From positions 7,031,846 through 7,095,845 of the forward strand of contig CM082577.2 in NCBI GenBank assembly GCA_040954595.2: a DNA stretch of 64,000 nt, written 5' to 3'. Within the stretch, counting starts at the first letter, position 1. Each line of letters starts with the position of its first letter. Origin of the DNA: Balanoglossus misakiensis (Eukaryota > Animalia > Hemichordata). A model generated the notes under the pieces. The model saw only the letters and a program-made list of their open reading frames with translations. It searched no databases and was not told the DNA's origin. This document shows positions 1 to 13,080 of the stretch, in pieces. A program made the position numbers and the translations under genes.

Positions 1-330
1 AAGTGCAGTTTATCAAAATTCCAATTTTTCGCCTCGTCCTCCGGAGAAGCTACGGTTCTGTGTTCTGTGATTCACTCGTATTAATCAATTTTACTGCCTC
101 TTCGGTGTTTTATTATTATTTCCAATTTGTGCGACTCTCTTTGAGTCGTGTGAGCGCGTGCGTCGTGGTTGGTTGTCGACGGACAACCCAGTTTCACTTC
201 TCCCAGAAAACTCGCATGCAAGAGGATCATCGACGACGCGGAGGTTGCCAGATTGGCTGATTCGTCCGTCTTCGTTCGTTTGTCCGCCTGTCTGTCCGTC
301 CGCCGACAATTATTACCCTATGCCTTTTCT
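1..330 (-). promoter_or_regulatory. Possible promoter / 5' leader of a gene running leftward out of the window
   Basis: CpG-rich stretch with a full NF-Y-type box CAGCCAATC on the minus strand (251-259) and leader-like sequence. There is no transcript evidence. Confidence 0.25.
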
Positions 331-2211
331 CGGAAACCATCGTTCATAACGCTTTGACATTTTCTCATTTTAGAAGACCGCTCGCTAAGGATCGATCCTA
401 TACATATTTGTTAGTATTGTGACGAAATCTGCCAGTGAGTGCAACATCGTTTCTTGGAGGCATTTTTTGCCATTTTGGAACAAAAATTTGCGAAATATAT
501 ATGCGAATAAGATAATCCACACACACACCATGAAAATACTTAAGGCCCTGCAGCAAATGTACCGAAATAGACCCGGATGTACGTGCTATTTTGACGATCA
601 ACAACGCAACGGAGGGGGTGTGCAGACAACCTCTGTGTATCCTGTACATCTAGATGTTGGACAACGACGACGACAGCGCTGCATCGATCGAGGATTCGGT
701 ATGCTTCACGAAGCGAAATGATATGAATTACTTCTCTCGTCAAACAAAATTAACCAAATAATGTCAAAAAATACAGTCGATTTCATCCAGCTCCCACGTC
801 ACGTCACAGCGCCATTGCACAATATGTCGACTCTCTCTTGTCTGTAGCTATAGGCACGGTGTGTGCCGGCTTAAAAGAATGAAGAGAAGCGAAAAGACTC
901 AGCAACGCCATACATGCTTGTGTCTGCTCTGTCTGTGATCTCTCTTGCAATATGTATGATGTAACGTTTTTCTTTGTTGTGATCTTGCCCAATTATTTGA
1001 TATTTGGGTAGGTGGATAAATGTATGAGTGATCCCTTCTGGTGATAAAACTTAACGATTGGCATGACGCCGGGAGGGGGGGGGGGTGTTTTCTGTGAGAC
1101 TTTTGCTGTTCTATCAAGGAGAAGGAAGGAATGTCCCTTCAAACTTTTTTTCTAGTATGCAACAAATCTTGATCATTGCGCCAGGTGTGATCCGTGCACA
1201 TTGAGAAGAAGAGCGCCATCAACGGTCCTGTTGTCATTCCTATCATCATCGTTCCGTGACTTACACCCGGTGACTGATGACCGGTCGCACAAACTTAGCA
1301 AATTATTTGTGTGTGTGTGAATGATAGATGCGTTTCATATCGTTCCTCGCCATAATGTCGTGCTTCACAGCGCGAAACAGAGTCATATTTTACCTTTTTC
1401 GCCGGTCATACAATGTCGGAGTGCACCACGTATCGGCTAGTATTGCCAGAGGTAAGACATGCGCAGTGAAACTTTCTTGATTTACGCAGTATATCACGAC
1501 GCCTCGAACGGTGTTACTTCACCTCAAACGTTTCTCGGGAACGGGATTTCGTGAAACCCTATTCTGCACTCGGGTTATAGCCTGTTGCGGTGAACGAAAA
1601 TAGAACTCGCGCGCTGTGTTGTGCAGTCCATTTAAGTAATTTCTGATGACAAGCATTGCAAGTTCTCGACGTGTTTTCTATAAGCACACATCGTTTTTCT
1701 TTCGTCGGCCTTTGACTTAGTTTCGACAATATATTATCCTCGGATACAGAACCTTTCGTTTTCCCAGCCACATTTCAAAATTGCAGACAGTTAATGGCCC
1801 CGTGGAGAATGATCACGCTGTAAACGATCGCGATGAATTCTGACGTTATATGAATTATATCATTGACTTTCGTAATCCACAATTCAAAAAAACGGCTTAC
1901 AAGTCGTCGATTACGCGCCGTAGAGACATCATTTACGAAAAAGGGCGAATCGCTAAGAGATGAAACACTGTTACTGCCTCACCGCACACTACAAGGAAGT
2001 GAATTTTTGAAATAAGTAGATGATTTCCAAGTAGAATGACAGATGGATAGCTTCGTGTTTTTAGCGCCAAGACATTCAGATAATGGTACGGTAAATACAC
2101 ACGTACAGTCTTCAGATATTGTACACAGTAATAATTCACAAATTGATGTGGCTGTGAGAGGGAGGTCGCGAATCAGGACAGGCAAGGGCGACGGTAAGGT
2201 GGCCCTAATGG

Positions 2212-2262
<51 letters not shown>

Positions 2263-2275
2263 AAGACAGACAGGC

Positions 2276-2311
<36 letters not shown>

Positions 2312-2315
2312 GGAC
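2212..2315 (+). repeat. (AGAC)n microsatellite
   Basis: Read directly; a few interruptions. Confidence 0.97.
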
Positions 2316-5185
2316 GATTCAGTTTTTGATTTCACAATTTTAACGAAGAACATCTATCAACTAGGGTCCTGGGACACAGTCCGGTACGGGGATATGGCAG
2401 CAGATACAAAGACCGCTTCCCTATAGCAACTGTGCGGATCACATAAAGATATAAGTACATGATACGCAATACGTACAGGTAGATACATACACACTACATT
2501 AATTACATATACATACATACACCTTACACGTTAGAATGTTTACGTTTGACCAAGATATTGTATCGGCACGTTCCGCAAATGTCATAATTCAGAAACCAGC
2601 CGACATAATGAGATTAACTTCGAATTATGATTTCACATGTATACGTGGGCGACCGGGAATTAACAGTTGAATATAAACAGTTATAATATGTAGGACAGTC
2701 GCAGACAAGGCAAAATGATTGTAAAGCTTGCAGAAGCACGGAGACGTTCGCTTCATTAGTGCCAAAATTCCAGCATCAACTTTCGTGTCTCCATCTGAAC
2801 AGTAAAAAGGTCAACTCGTTCCGACGTCCCAGCGACACGTATAGCTGATAATTATAATCAAAATAGACCCGTTCCTCGACAGTTAGCAGTGCATGTTTTA
2901 ACGAGGGCTTTAATGACGAAGTTTCGCATTCATCTGATGAGTTTGCTTGACAAGAAATCATATTCCGCCCAGTGGGGGGAAGGGAGCCCACAGATTTCAG
3001 ACTCAGCTCTTTCTAATTCCTCTCTTCCCCTTTTTGGCGGGAGTCCTGTCGACGATGAAATATTAATCCACATGCACAACGTGTATCTGGGGCAGGCCCT
3101 GAATAAACATTCACCAAGTGGCACTGACAGGGAGTAGATTTAAAGTTGGATTTCAAAATATGCCCAGTTATCATCCCTGTTGCTTTGATGGTGATTATGG
3201 CTTATTATCGGATTTAAAAAAACACTACACGGACAGCATTGTCTTGTGGCATGGTAACTTGACTGAAGCAAAACAGAAGCAAAATTTTCCGCGCTGTGAA
3301 CATGTCAGAAAATGTAATTGGTCTCCAGCAATACCCTTTATCTTTATTAAAATCACATGAAACATCAAAGGTATCGATGTAGATTATGGTCACGACTCAG
3401 TGTAGAATAGAGAATTAAAATTCGCTTAATTAAATACGCACCAATAGAGATCTTCGTGCCTGAACATAATATTAGATAACGATTTGGTTATTTGCATTAA
3501 TTGTCTCACCAATGATACAAGACATGTCCATCCAAGGTCGGGGAAAATCTAACAATACAAAACTAAATGAACATTTACAAAATACTAGTATGCCGATGTG
3601 TACGTTACTATTAATATGCTTATTTTTATGGATGCGTCTCGTGTATGGGCAAGAGCTGTCAGATAAGATTCAAATTACAATGTAAGCTTATAGCCTAATA
3701 TAAAGGATGGATTTCAAGTACCTGACAGATAAATGCACTTCAAAATTTCGCTTGACTAATGAGAAAATATGAAGAATAATGTCTCAGTGCTCAATACGAT
3801 GCGACTTCACGACAGCTGGGAAAAAAGTGACTGCAAATGTGGGGCAATGGAGTGACTTCTGCAAGACATGCCGAAGTCGTGCCGCCGCTGTGCCTTCCGG
3901 GTTCTCTCACATAAACGTTTGCACACGCGGGGGCGGTGGTCTCTCATGTGAAAAGACATAGATATTAATGAACGAATATACCTGTCGCATTCATAGAAAA
4001 CATTTCCAAGGATCTCCCTTGGCACGACCGGAAAACAGATAGGAGATTGGTACATGTCACGAGTTATATTTCATAAAACAGGATAGAACATTTTATCGCC
4101 ATTGTCGGCAAGGGCGCGAAAACGCAGCATTTTGAGAGCACGCGTATTATTGTCCACCGCAGAAAAGGCGGGAAAGTCCGTGCAGTTGTGCAGTGATAAC
4201 CGTCTGTGTTGACATTTTCAGCCAGTAATGACGTTCGCGGCTTTGATGCCGTGCTTCAATCGATACTGCGTCTGGGGCATCTAATTTCTTTGAATAATAA
4301 CCGGCGTCGAAAGTCTGCTGACTGCACTTTCTTCTGAGCCACAACTTGAATTACACAACAACCTTAAAACGACACAGAGGGAGAGAGAAGATTTCATAAT
4401 TTTGCGTCCATCTTGAAATTATGCATCAAGTCACAGATAGGCACAATACACGTGCAACACCTTTGACTCCGCAAGAGGAGTAATCGCAGTGACTCGGATA
4501 ACTGTTAACGTCGTGATGTTGTATAAGTATCTTGAATTAGTAGACAGACGAATTGATAGACTTTCTCTATTTCAGAGAACCGTGATGTGATTGAAAACGG
4601 CGTACTCTGTCAGGAGAGCTATATTGCCAGACGCATTCACCAAGCCAAGAGATGGCCAAACAGACGCACTGCATGATCTGATCATATCAGCTGGGCGGGG
4701 GTATTTGCATGTGAAGCACGTTCACGAACGACTTAGTATTGTAAACAGAGCCGCATTCGGGTTTTCCGCTGAACTATCAAATGTAAAGCTTCCTTCCACT
4801 CTCAGCTGTCAAGTGGTTGTCCGTACGTTCTTTCGCGAAAGAAAACTATAACTAACACTACTCACTAGGCTAAATTTTACTGGGTGTGTGTGCACGGAAC
4901 TACTTTTTTTTTATCGGTTTACCATTTTTGTAAGCTCAGGACTTTAACGAATAGTGACCATGCACATAATGCGAAAGGCGTCGGAGTTGCACGCATGCGC
5001 TCTCTCACATGCACGCTCCAACAGGTTGTCATCAAGTTACATCCGGATACACATGCACGGTTAAGTTTTTCCACCTGTGGTGGCGCCATTCGAACCATTC
5101 ATTTCTTGAAATTGTACCAAGATCTATTATTCTTAATTTTTTTCCATCGAAGTTGTCATAAAACTCCATGAGAATTGAGTGTAGT

Positions 5186-5191
5186 CTGTGT

Positions 5192-5222
<31 letters not shown>
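5186..5222 (+). repeat. (TG)n microsatellite, imperfect
   Basis: Read directly. Confidence 0.9.
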
Positions 5223-5737
5223 CGTGGCCTTGGCTAAAATTCGCTGAATATCATCCAACACAGTATCTCTCTCTCCTCGACGCTGTCGCAGTGAGTTATT
5301 TGGGAGGCAACGGTTATTGTTACAACAAATCGTGCCGTGGTTTTCAAAAGAAGGAATACCCTTGACAGTTTCGAATGGAAAAAAAAAACTTTAAATAGTA
5401 AAAGTTCATTATAGATTTCTTAGGGAGAGTGTCTCGAAGGAAAGTGTCCCAGCGTGAAATTTGATGACTCAGCTGCCGACATATTGTTTACCAGGAGTGA
5501 AAGCGGGAAAAATGGTTTATTGATCCAGCAAAGCTATCCTGACTGTTTCCTTGAGTGGCACTGACATGTGAATATAACTGTTCGGTGTGACTAGCGGAAG
5601 CTTGCATATTGCCAGTGTAAAGTTTGTGTTCTTTGATGTGAGAAAACCGCCAATCTCAATCAAGCTTACTGTAAGTCCCTCTTCCGGCGAAAGCGAGGAC
5701 GCTCGTACTTTTCTAAGACTAACTGCTGTGGGCCTAA

Positions 5738-6067
5738 GGTAGAATGCGCCACGAAAATAAAAGTCTTATTTTGCTCAAGGCAATTTTAGATTATTCTCTC
5801 TTAAAATTGAGAATAAAAATTACGGGTCGCCGTGCAAAAATTTGAATCAGAGAGCAGAATTGTGTCAAATTCAAAATGGCTGCCGATCTCTGTTGTTAGT
5901 CTATGGAGAAAATTCAAAGTTGCGATTTTCATGAAAACAAGACAATGGACACCCAGTTTTCTTCATTGTTATCAAAACGACTCCCCACACTTTAATATAG
6001 CAAATCATGTGAAGGTTTTCGGACTATCATTTTTCTGAAAAATATGTCCCCGAGGCGCATACTACCC
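5738..6067. mobile_element. TTAA-flanked MITE (Kolobok-like), family copy 1
   Basis: Ends are GGTAGAATGCGCC and GGCGCATACTACC, flanked by CTAA and TTAA. The internal sequence is homologous to 37377-37637 in reverse orientation. Confidence 0.75.
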
Positions 6068-7055
6068 TTAAAATGTAGGAATTTACATGGACCCAACGTT
6101 CTTTTCTTCATGTTGAACATGTTACCATTCTGATAGAGCAATTGAGTGAATTACGCATGCATGCATCGTGGTACGCACCCAGGCCAGACGCCTGTCTCCT
6201 TGGCGAAATATAATTCACATTTGCACGTATAATTTAAACATTTTATGCGCATATGTCATAAAAACAATAATCCGTGGACCGTAGGTTTATTTTCACTATA
6301 AAAATGATGTTCTCTGGGACGGCCATCCCAGCTATAGCCCAGAGCGTTTGCTGGAGAACAACAATTCCTTCCCGCCGAAATTAGATGGCATTGCATATCC
6401 ATAGAAAATTTTGCAATACAAACCGGGACATTTTTTTGCTGAATACGATTACCCCTGAGTTTACTCCAGGAGTACGTTGCTTTGTAAAACAAACGTGTCC
6501 CCGAACATTCCATCGCTTTGTCTGTGATCTCTGAGCGCTGTATCTCCTTACTTACCCGCCATGTAACATAAATTTATGGAAGAATCTCAATTAAAGAAAC
6601 GTTTGATTTATCAGTTTGTTTCCCGCCGTTCCCAGGAGGACGCAAAAATATTCATCACAACTTCCCCGTATCTGCCACGCGCATCAAGCTGATTCGTCTT
6701 ATTGGCGAATCTGTTGACGAATTTATCAAAGATTGTATCGTGCTATAGTGCATCCGTTGAAAGCGCTTGTTGACAGTCAAATTGACTCTTCGTAAATTAA
6801 CTTCTCCTCTCACCGAATCGTGCATACAGTCCATACTTTTAAATCACCGATAAAAATCATTACTGGTTCCCTTGGTTCCGGCAGCTGTGGATCCCCGTCA
6901 TTTCGAGAAGGATTATGGGTAATAAAATGATAAAAAAAACCCAAGCGGATGACACGCGTGGCGCTTAAAAAACAGTTACTTATTTTAGCAGTCTCACAAC
7001 GCAACAGAGCTCAATCGCATTTGTTTGCAATACAAGGAATCTTCGCGGTTACTCT

Positions 7056-7174
<119 letters not shown>

Positions 7175-9184
7175 GCGCATTTCTCCACATCGTCATACAT
7201 GTATGATCACCCTTATAACTAACATGGCATGTATTATTATCATTATTAATATTGAACTTATCGAAATTCTCGATGTCGTCTTTGTACACCTGTACGCCCA
7301 ATCGCCAAATAATATGACTGAAGAATTAATGCGGTTTCAGGTAAAATAGAATGACGCAGCCCCGCCGACCACAACACAAAACATGCAGCTGGTTCTGATT
7401 CAAAGCTACGACAGCGCACCAGCCGCGCCGCACTTCTTAAATTTTGACAAAGAACAGAAAGCAAGACGGGCAGCCAGAGTCCGGGGTTGTCGACTATTAA
7501 GGTTTATAATAGGCGCCATGTATCATTAATTCAGAAACAGGGATTAGACATATGAGCCGACTAGCCGTTATCTGCCTGGGTCCACTGCGTACGATACAAA
7601 TACCGCGTGTATCATTTCGCGGTTTGTAATGGAGTCCCGGGCGCGCTGGGAGACACTTCGACCGTGCAAACGACGGATTAAGATTTCCAAGTAATAACCC
7701 CGAGCTCATCGATGGCGCAAGTAAAGGGTAATCTTGGTTGCTATAATAGACACAAATTTCACTCGAACTCTACTTGTCACTGGATGCAATTTGATACTCA
7801 ATAATAGAAATTGATTATTTTGTAATTGATCTTGCTATTTTTACCTCAGAAGAAATGTCAGGTTAGACATGAGCAGCGTGTCGCCGTCTACTTTAGCGGA
7901 CAAGTATGGTGTATGACTTCAGTGGGGAAAAAATTACCCTGGAATGGAATATTCGAAAACCCTCATTAACCCGTGATAGCGCATTGTACATCACTCACAG
8001 TGCAAAGACTGATAAACTGAAATTTACACTGAAATGGACATTCCATCACCATAAAAGTTGTCCATTACAACTGATAAGAGACAGCGAAGACTGTCTGTTC
8101 TTGCCGTAAATCTCCCCAGTGAAATAACTGCGCCGCTGGCGCTTTTAGCTTTATACTCAATGATATTGATAGAGCGGACTGTATCTGAGTGAGTGGAAGG
8201 GTGGCTGGACGATGGGGAGGGGGGGAGAGGGGGGGGGGGAGAGAGAGAGGGGGGTGTAACACGCGGCAGTTCGCAGGTGTATTTCCACGCAGGGGTATTA
8301 ATCGTGCATTACACGCTGTCATGAAAATATCACGATCACGTTCACTTGAGCTTTTCCCGGCGAAGGCACAGTCAAGCGCAAAAAATAATAAATAAAGCGA
8401 TGCAAAGTTTTTTCCTATTGAAATCACATCAAGATTTATAGCCCGTCGACGGCCGCGCACAGTGGCGATACCGCTGCCGTTGCGCCTATCAAGCGACCGA
8501 TCGTCGTCGCGTAATCCCGCATTAAGTTCATATCAAAATAATGGGCCGAGTTGTTGACGCACGGCTTTATCTCCGCCGTGAAATTGATGAGAACTATCTT
8601 TCCGAGATACCGCGAATTTGTCGATTTCTTGCCCATCAAGCCGTGTGCGTTTCAATTTATCAGGCAAATTTCATGGCGCCGTGGGAGAATTTTGAATTTA
8701 TAATTCCAACCTCTGGCATCGTTTAAAAAATCGAGTTTTCCTCGATAACAGCGGATTCCCAGCAGTGCGTCGTTTTTTTAAAAGCTGACGGACTTATATT
8801 TCAGCGGTATAAATCTTTCAGGTTGTCCGCGACTGTCGACCTCGTTTGAGTTCTTTAAAAATGATGCAACGACTCAACTACAAACAAGAGAACAGCTCCG
8901 AACTCGCTATTATGCTCCGTGACCAAATCGAGTGTAAGATCAGCGCATTAACGTATAGGGCTACACGGCAAATGAAATTGGAAAACGTGCCGACAGGAAG
9001 GCTGATCCAGTTGGATGTATTCGATTTCACTCATCAGATAATCTATAACTACTAGTACGTGGGTTCCACCGTCGTAATGTGACACACGTTATTTCAGTTG
9101 ATGAGTTAATAACATCGACATCCATCCATCCACGTTAGACCATCTCCTCCAGTGTTTTACCCAACGAAAATAATTCTCAGTTAC

Positions 9185-9349
9185 ATGTATGTATGTATGT
9201 ATGTATGTATGTATGTATGTATGTATGTATGTATGTATGTATGTATGTATGTATGTATGTATGTATGTATGTATGTATGTATGTATGTATGTATGTATGT
9301 ATGTATGTATGTATGTATGTATGTATGTATGTATGTATGTATGTATGTA

Positions 9350-9402
<53 letters not shown>

Positions 9403-9540
9403 ATGTATGTATGTATGTATGTATGTATGTATGTATGTATGTATGTATGTATGTATGTATGTATGTATGTATGTATGTATGTATGTATGTATGTATGTAT
9501 GTATGTATGTATGTATGTATGCATGTATGTATGCATGTAT
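9185..9540 (+). repeat. Compound (ATGT)n-(TG)n-(ATGT)n microsatellite
   Basis: Read directly; the TG block is at ~9354-9385. Confidence 0.98.
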
Positions 9541-10159
9541 TCGTAAGTCGGTACTTTCAATCTGCCTTTAGCCAGTATTAGCCCTTCTCAAAAGCAAACC
9601 ATCACGATGCCTGATCAGACAACCAGGTGGTTCGAATCATTGAATGCATAGAACACTTCAACTTCTTAGTATACGAAGGCACACGCACACGAATGTGTCA
9701 CCGTATTGCGATTCCCAGTACTGTGTAAATGCGGAAACACATTACAACGATAAAACGCCGCATAGGTTACGGCGGTAGTTTTTAATAATCATTATTATTC
9801 GACGTTCAGGATGCTGAGAGTATATCTCTCCCGCGTAATGAAGACGCATTTTGCTGCCGATACGTTCAAAACAAATGGCTCGCCATTGTGTTCGTCGAGG
9901 ACCGCGTGAATTGGGCGCTGTTAGGCACCATCCCACTCAGGAAATCATTATTTTTCAGTCCATTGAGAAGTATGGGAGTGTGGTGAATGGTGTTGTTCAA
10001 GCCGACGGGAAGGTTCTTTCTTTCTTTATACAGAAATACTATGCTGTTCAGAACGTGATGTTTCTTGCAACGTCCTTGGAACTATTTGTCCATCGCGAGT
10101 ACCGCTTTACGGCAGCAGTCGGCATTCTCTGAGTAGATGGCATATGCGTATACTTGTGT

Positions 10160-10408
10160 GCATTTCACCTAATTTGTTTGTTTTGATATTCCCGAAGAAA
10201 AGTATTCGTGCCTTCTGACCAAAAAGGTGCCTTTGTGGCGGTATGTTTAGGTGTAAACTTAAAGTGCGCGTGCAACACGCCAGCGCATTTCACCTAATTT
10301 GTTTGTTTTGATATTCCCGAAGAAAAGTATTCGTGCCTTCTGACCAAAAAGGTGCCTTTGTGGCGGTATGTTTAGGTGTAAACTTAAAGTGCGCGTGCAA
10401 CACGCCAG
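10160..10408 (+). repeat. Exact 124-bp tandem duplication (10160-10283, 10285-10408)
   Basis: GCATTTCACCTAATTTG...GCAACACGCCAG occurs twice, separated by one C. Confidence 0.95.
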
Positions 10409-12259
10409 GACACGTGAACAACGATTAAGACTCCACCCAAAAGTTGTCCGGCTTATTTTCCATATCTCTAATTTACAATATTTTGTTAAAATGTGAGAAT
10501 TTCTTCACGAAACCGTAGTTCGATGTTTACGCCATGGAATGCACCACTAGTACTGATTCGCAGCTTACAGAGTGCTGGCCCCAAGGGCTGAAAATAGATA
10601 ATGCTTCTCGCGCAAAGTTTTATGCGTACCATCTTTGTTGTCAGGTTGTGTGTACTGGGGCGGTGTGCTTTTCAAATCCGCTTACAAACTGCCCTCTTTG
10701 TATCGCTCGTGACGGCGAACATTTTTTTCCAATTCTTCTCTTTATTAGCCCGCGCGCTTTCTATCAAAATATGATCATACTTTCCAGACACAGGTGTTGA
10801 TTTCCGATATCCTTCAGAAATTGTGACGTCATACGAGGTAAACTGTATTTGCGTGCGACTATCATGCTGTTAAATGTCGACAGCGAATATCGTGCAAATC
10901 GGTAGAGGGTTTCGAATGACGTCAGATAACCGAAACACCCAACCAGTTCAATATTCGCGTTCATATATTTTAGAGGAATTTTTTAAACAGTATGTTGAAT
11001 TCATGATCGTCTGTAGAGTCGAACAACAAGGCAGTTTGTTAGTAAGTGACAACACACCATCATAGATCTTCCAAGTGAAGTACATATTCTATGAAAAGAA
11101 ACACGACGCATCGATTCTGCGCAGAAGTGCTCATCAATTAATAATGGGTGGGCGTGAATACCATCATTCATGGAAACAACTTACCTCTTTCAGGATTGTC
11201 TGTCTTTCTGAACTGCCTGGAAAGCATTGATACTGCGCTGTCTCTTTTTCCCCTTTTTTCCCAAAAACTGACAAAAATCACTTCATTACTATCTAGCGAA
11301 CATGAACTATCAGGTTCTAACTTGTACTTGACCCAAAAGTCACCCCGCACATCCTTTGTTCCGAATGAGACTAGTTAACCTGTAAAAAAACAATGATGGC
11401 GTCAAACCAGAGGCAAAGGGGGGTATACGAAGCGCGGATAGATGTGTCCACAAGTTTTTCCAATGCAAAATATAGGAAATGGCATTTCGATTTTATTTCT
11501 GAAGCTATTTGTCGTGCATCCATTTTACAGCATGGGTTAGTAGACATTGACCACAATAAAATTATATATTTATTTATTTGGAATTCTATTACAAATATAA
11601 CTACAGTTTGAAAACAGTATCATTATAATCCTCTCCAACCAGCCAAATATCAAAATACTGCACATGAATTATGGAAAGCAGCATTTATTTACTAGCAATT
11701 CTTTATAAACTCTGAGAATAGTAACTTGAAAGCAATCACAAAAATTCTAACCGTTTGTACCCCCATGAGTTCTTGCTAATTTCTTACGATTTCAAAAGAG
11801 AAGGCCAATTTCTACGTATCTTCACGTGTTTTTCTGTACCTGCGTCATATCACACAGGATGATGCCTTCCTTGTTGCATGCTGTCTTAACGATCAAGGTT
11901 AGTGGCAGGTGAAGAAGGCAACCTTGATGTATGACGACACAGCTCTCGTGATATTACGGTCGTTCCTTTAGAAAATCAGGTTTCCACACGACGACACGGT
12001 CTGATTCTTTCTATCCGGCAGCGGTGCTTTTAGTTTTATCAAATCCCCCAGATAAGGCTATCGGCCAGTAATGAAATCTTTGGCCTGTCACTGATATTGA
12101 AATTAAACCGAGGACACGACGCCGAGCTGAATGGGCTGTGGCCCGGAGGAAAGTATACAAAAGGGAAAACGGCAAACTTTTCACGCATGATTCACACGAG
12201 TTGATTCATTTCTCAAAGTGAAATACACTGAAGCCTGCACGGAGCAAATCAGCGCTTTC

Positions 12260-13080
12260 GCACGTAGCCAATGAGATCATGTAATATGAATGATTGATGG
12301 CCCCAATGTAATATTAAATAATACGCGATTAATCTTTGATGAGCTCGCAGTCATCGGAAACAGATTCATTCAGTTTCGCTGACGAGCCGGTCTCGGTGGA
12401 ATAGCGGCGGCACCCGTCGATTGCAAACAGGATCGGAAGCAACCCGCCATTCACTTGTTAAACTGCGGCCAATCAGAACTGCATATCCGGCGGTACGATT
12501 TTCTGCAAATGAAAAAAAAAACGTCTCGAACAGTTTCTGTTTTACCAGGCACGTAATCAGCGGAGCACGCGTGATTCAATGTGACAGGTCGGGGACACTC
12601 GGTGGGCATAATCACGACTTTTGGCGCGATTGCAAATAACTGACGGCACGGTTGGAGAGTGAGTGGGACTTGACATGGAGTCCGCACCTGCCCATCGTCA
12701 AAAATCCCGCGCGACAGGTTCGACTCCCTTCAGACGCTCCGGTGACGCTGACCTAGACTGCAATCGCGGCCGAGCAGTTAAGACTGACGACACACAATAG
12801 GACAAAGGCGACAATTTGAAAACTAAAATGTTAACACTACGTCCACTGCCAAATGCAAGTGATGGCCGCTCTTTAATAGCGCCCTCATACAGATGGGCGA
12901 GATCCGGACCAGGCACCTCGCAAGGGTGTCTGGGTAAGCAAGGTGGCGCACTTTCCCCAGACCCACTTCGGGTGGCCATCTTGCAAACCTGATAGCCTCA
13001 TTTTTAATAGGTCTGGCTAACAAAGATAAGTGTGATTTTCGAGAATGAATTGATCACAGAATTCAAGGTCAGTAACGTCA
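12260..13080. promoter_or_regulatory. Candidate developmental enhancer cluster
   Basis: TGATTGATGG (Pbx/Hox-type, 12291-12300), CCAAT boxes (12268, 12469), TGACAG (12582), AGATAAG (13024) and TCAAGGTCA (13063). This rests on motif matches only. Confidence 0.3.

Noticed and set aside
9152-9581. MYVC/HTYI repeat ORFs (likewise TDRQ/SVCL at 1979-2426)
   Set aside because: These are translations of tetranucleotide microsatellites.
12660-12735. tRNA or SINE suggested by GGTTCGACTCCC (also GGTTCGAATC at ~9628)
   Set aside because: The T-stem does not pair, and there is no cloverleaf or correctly spaced A box.
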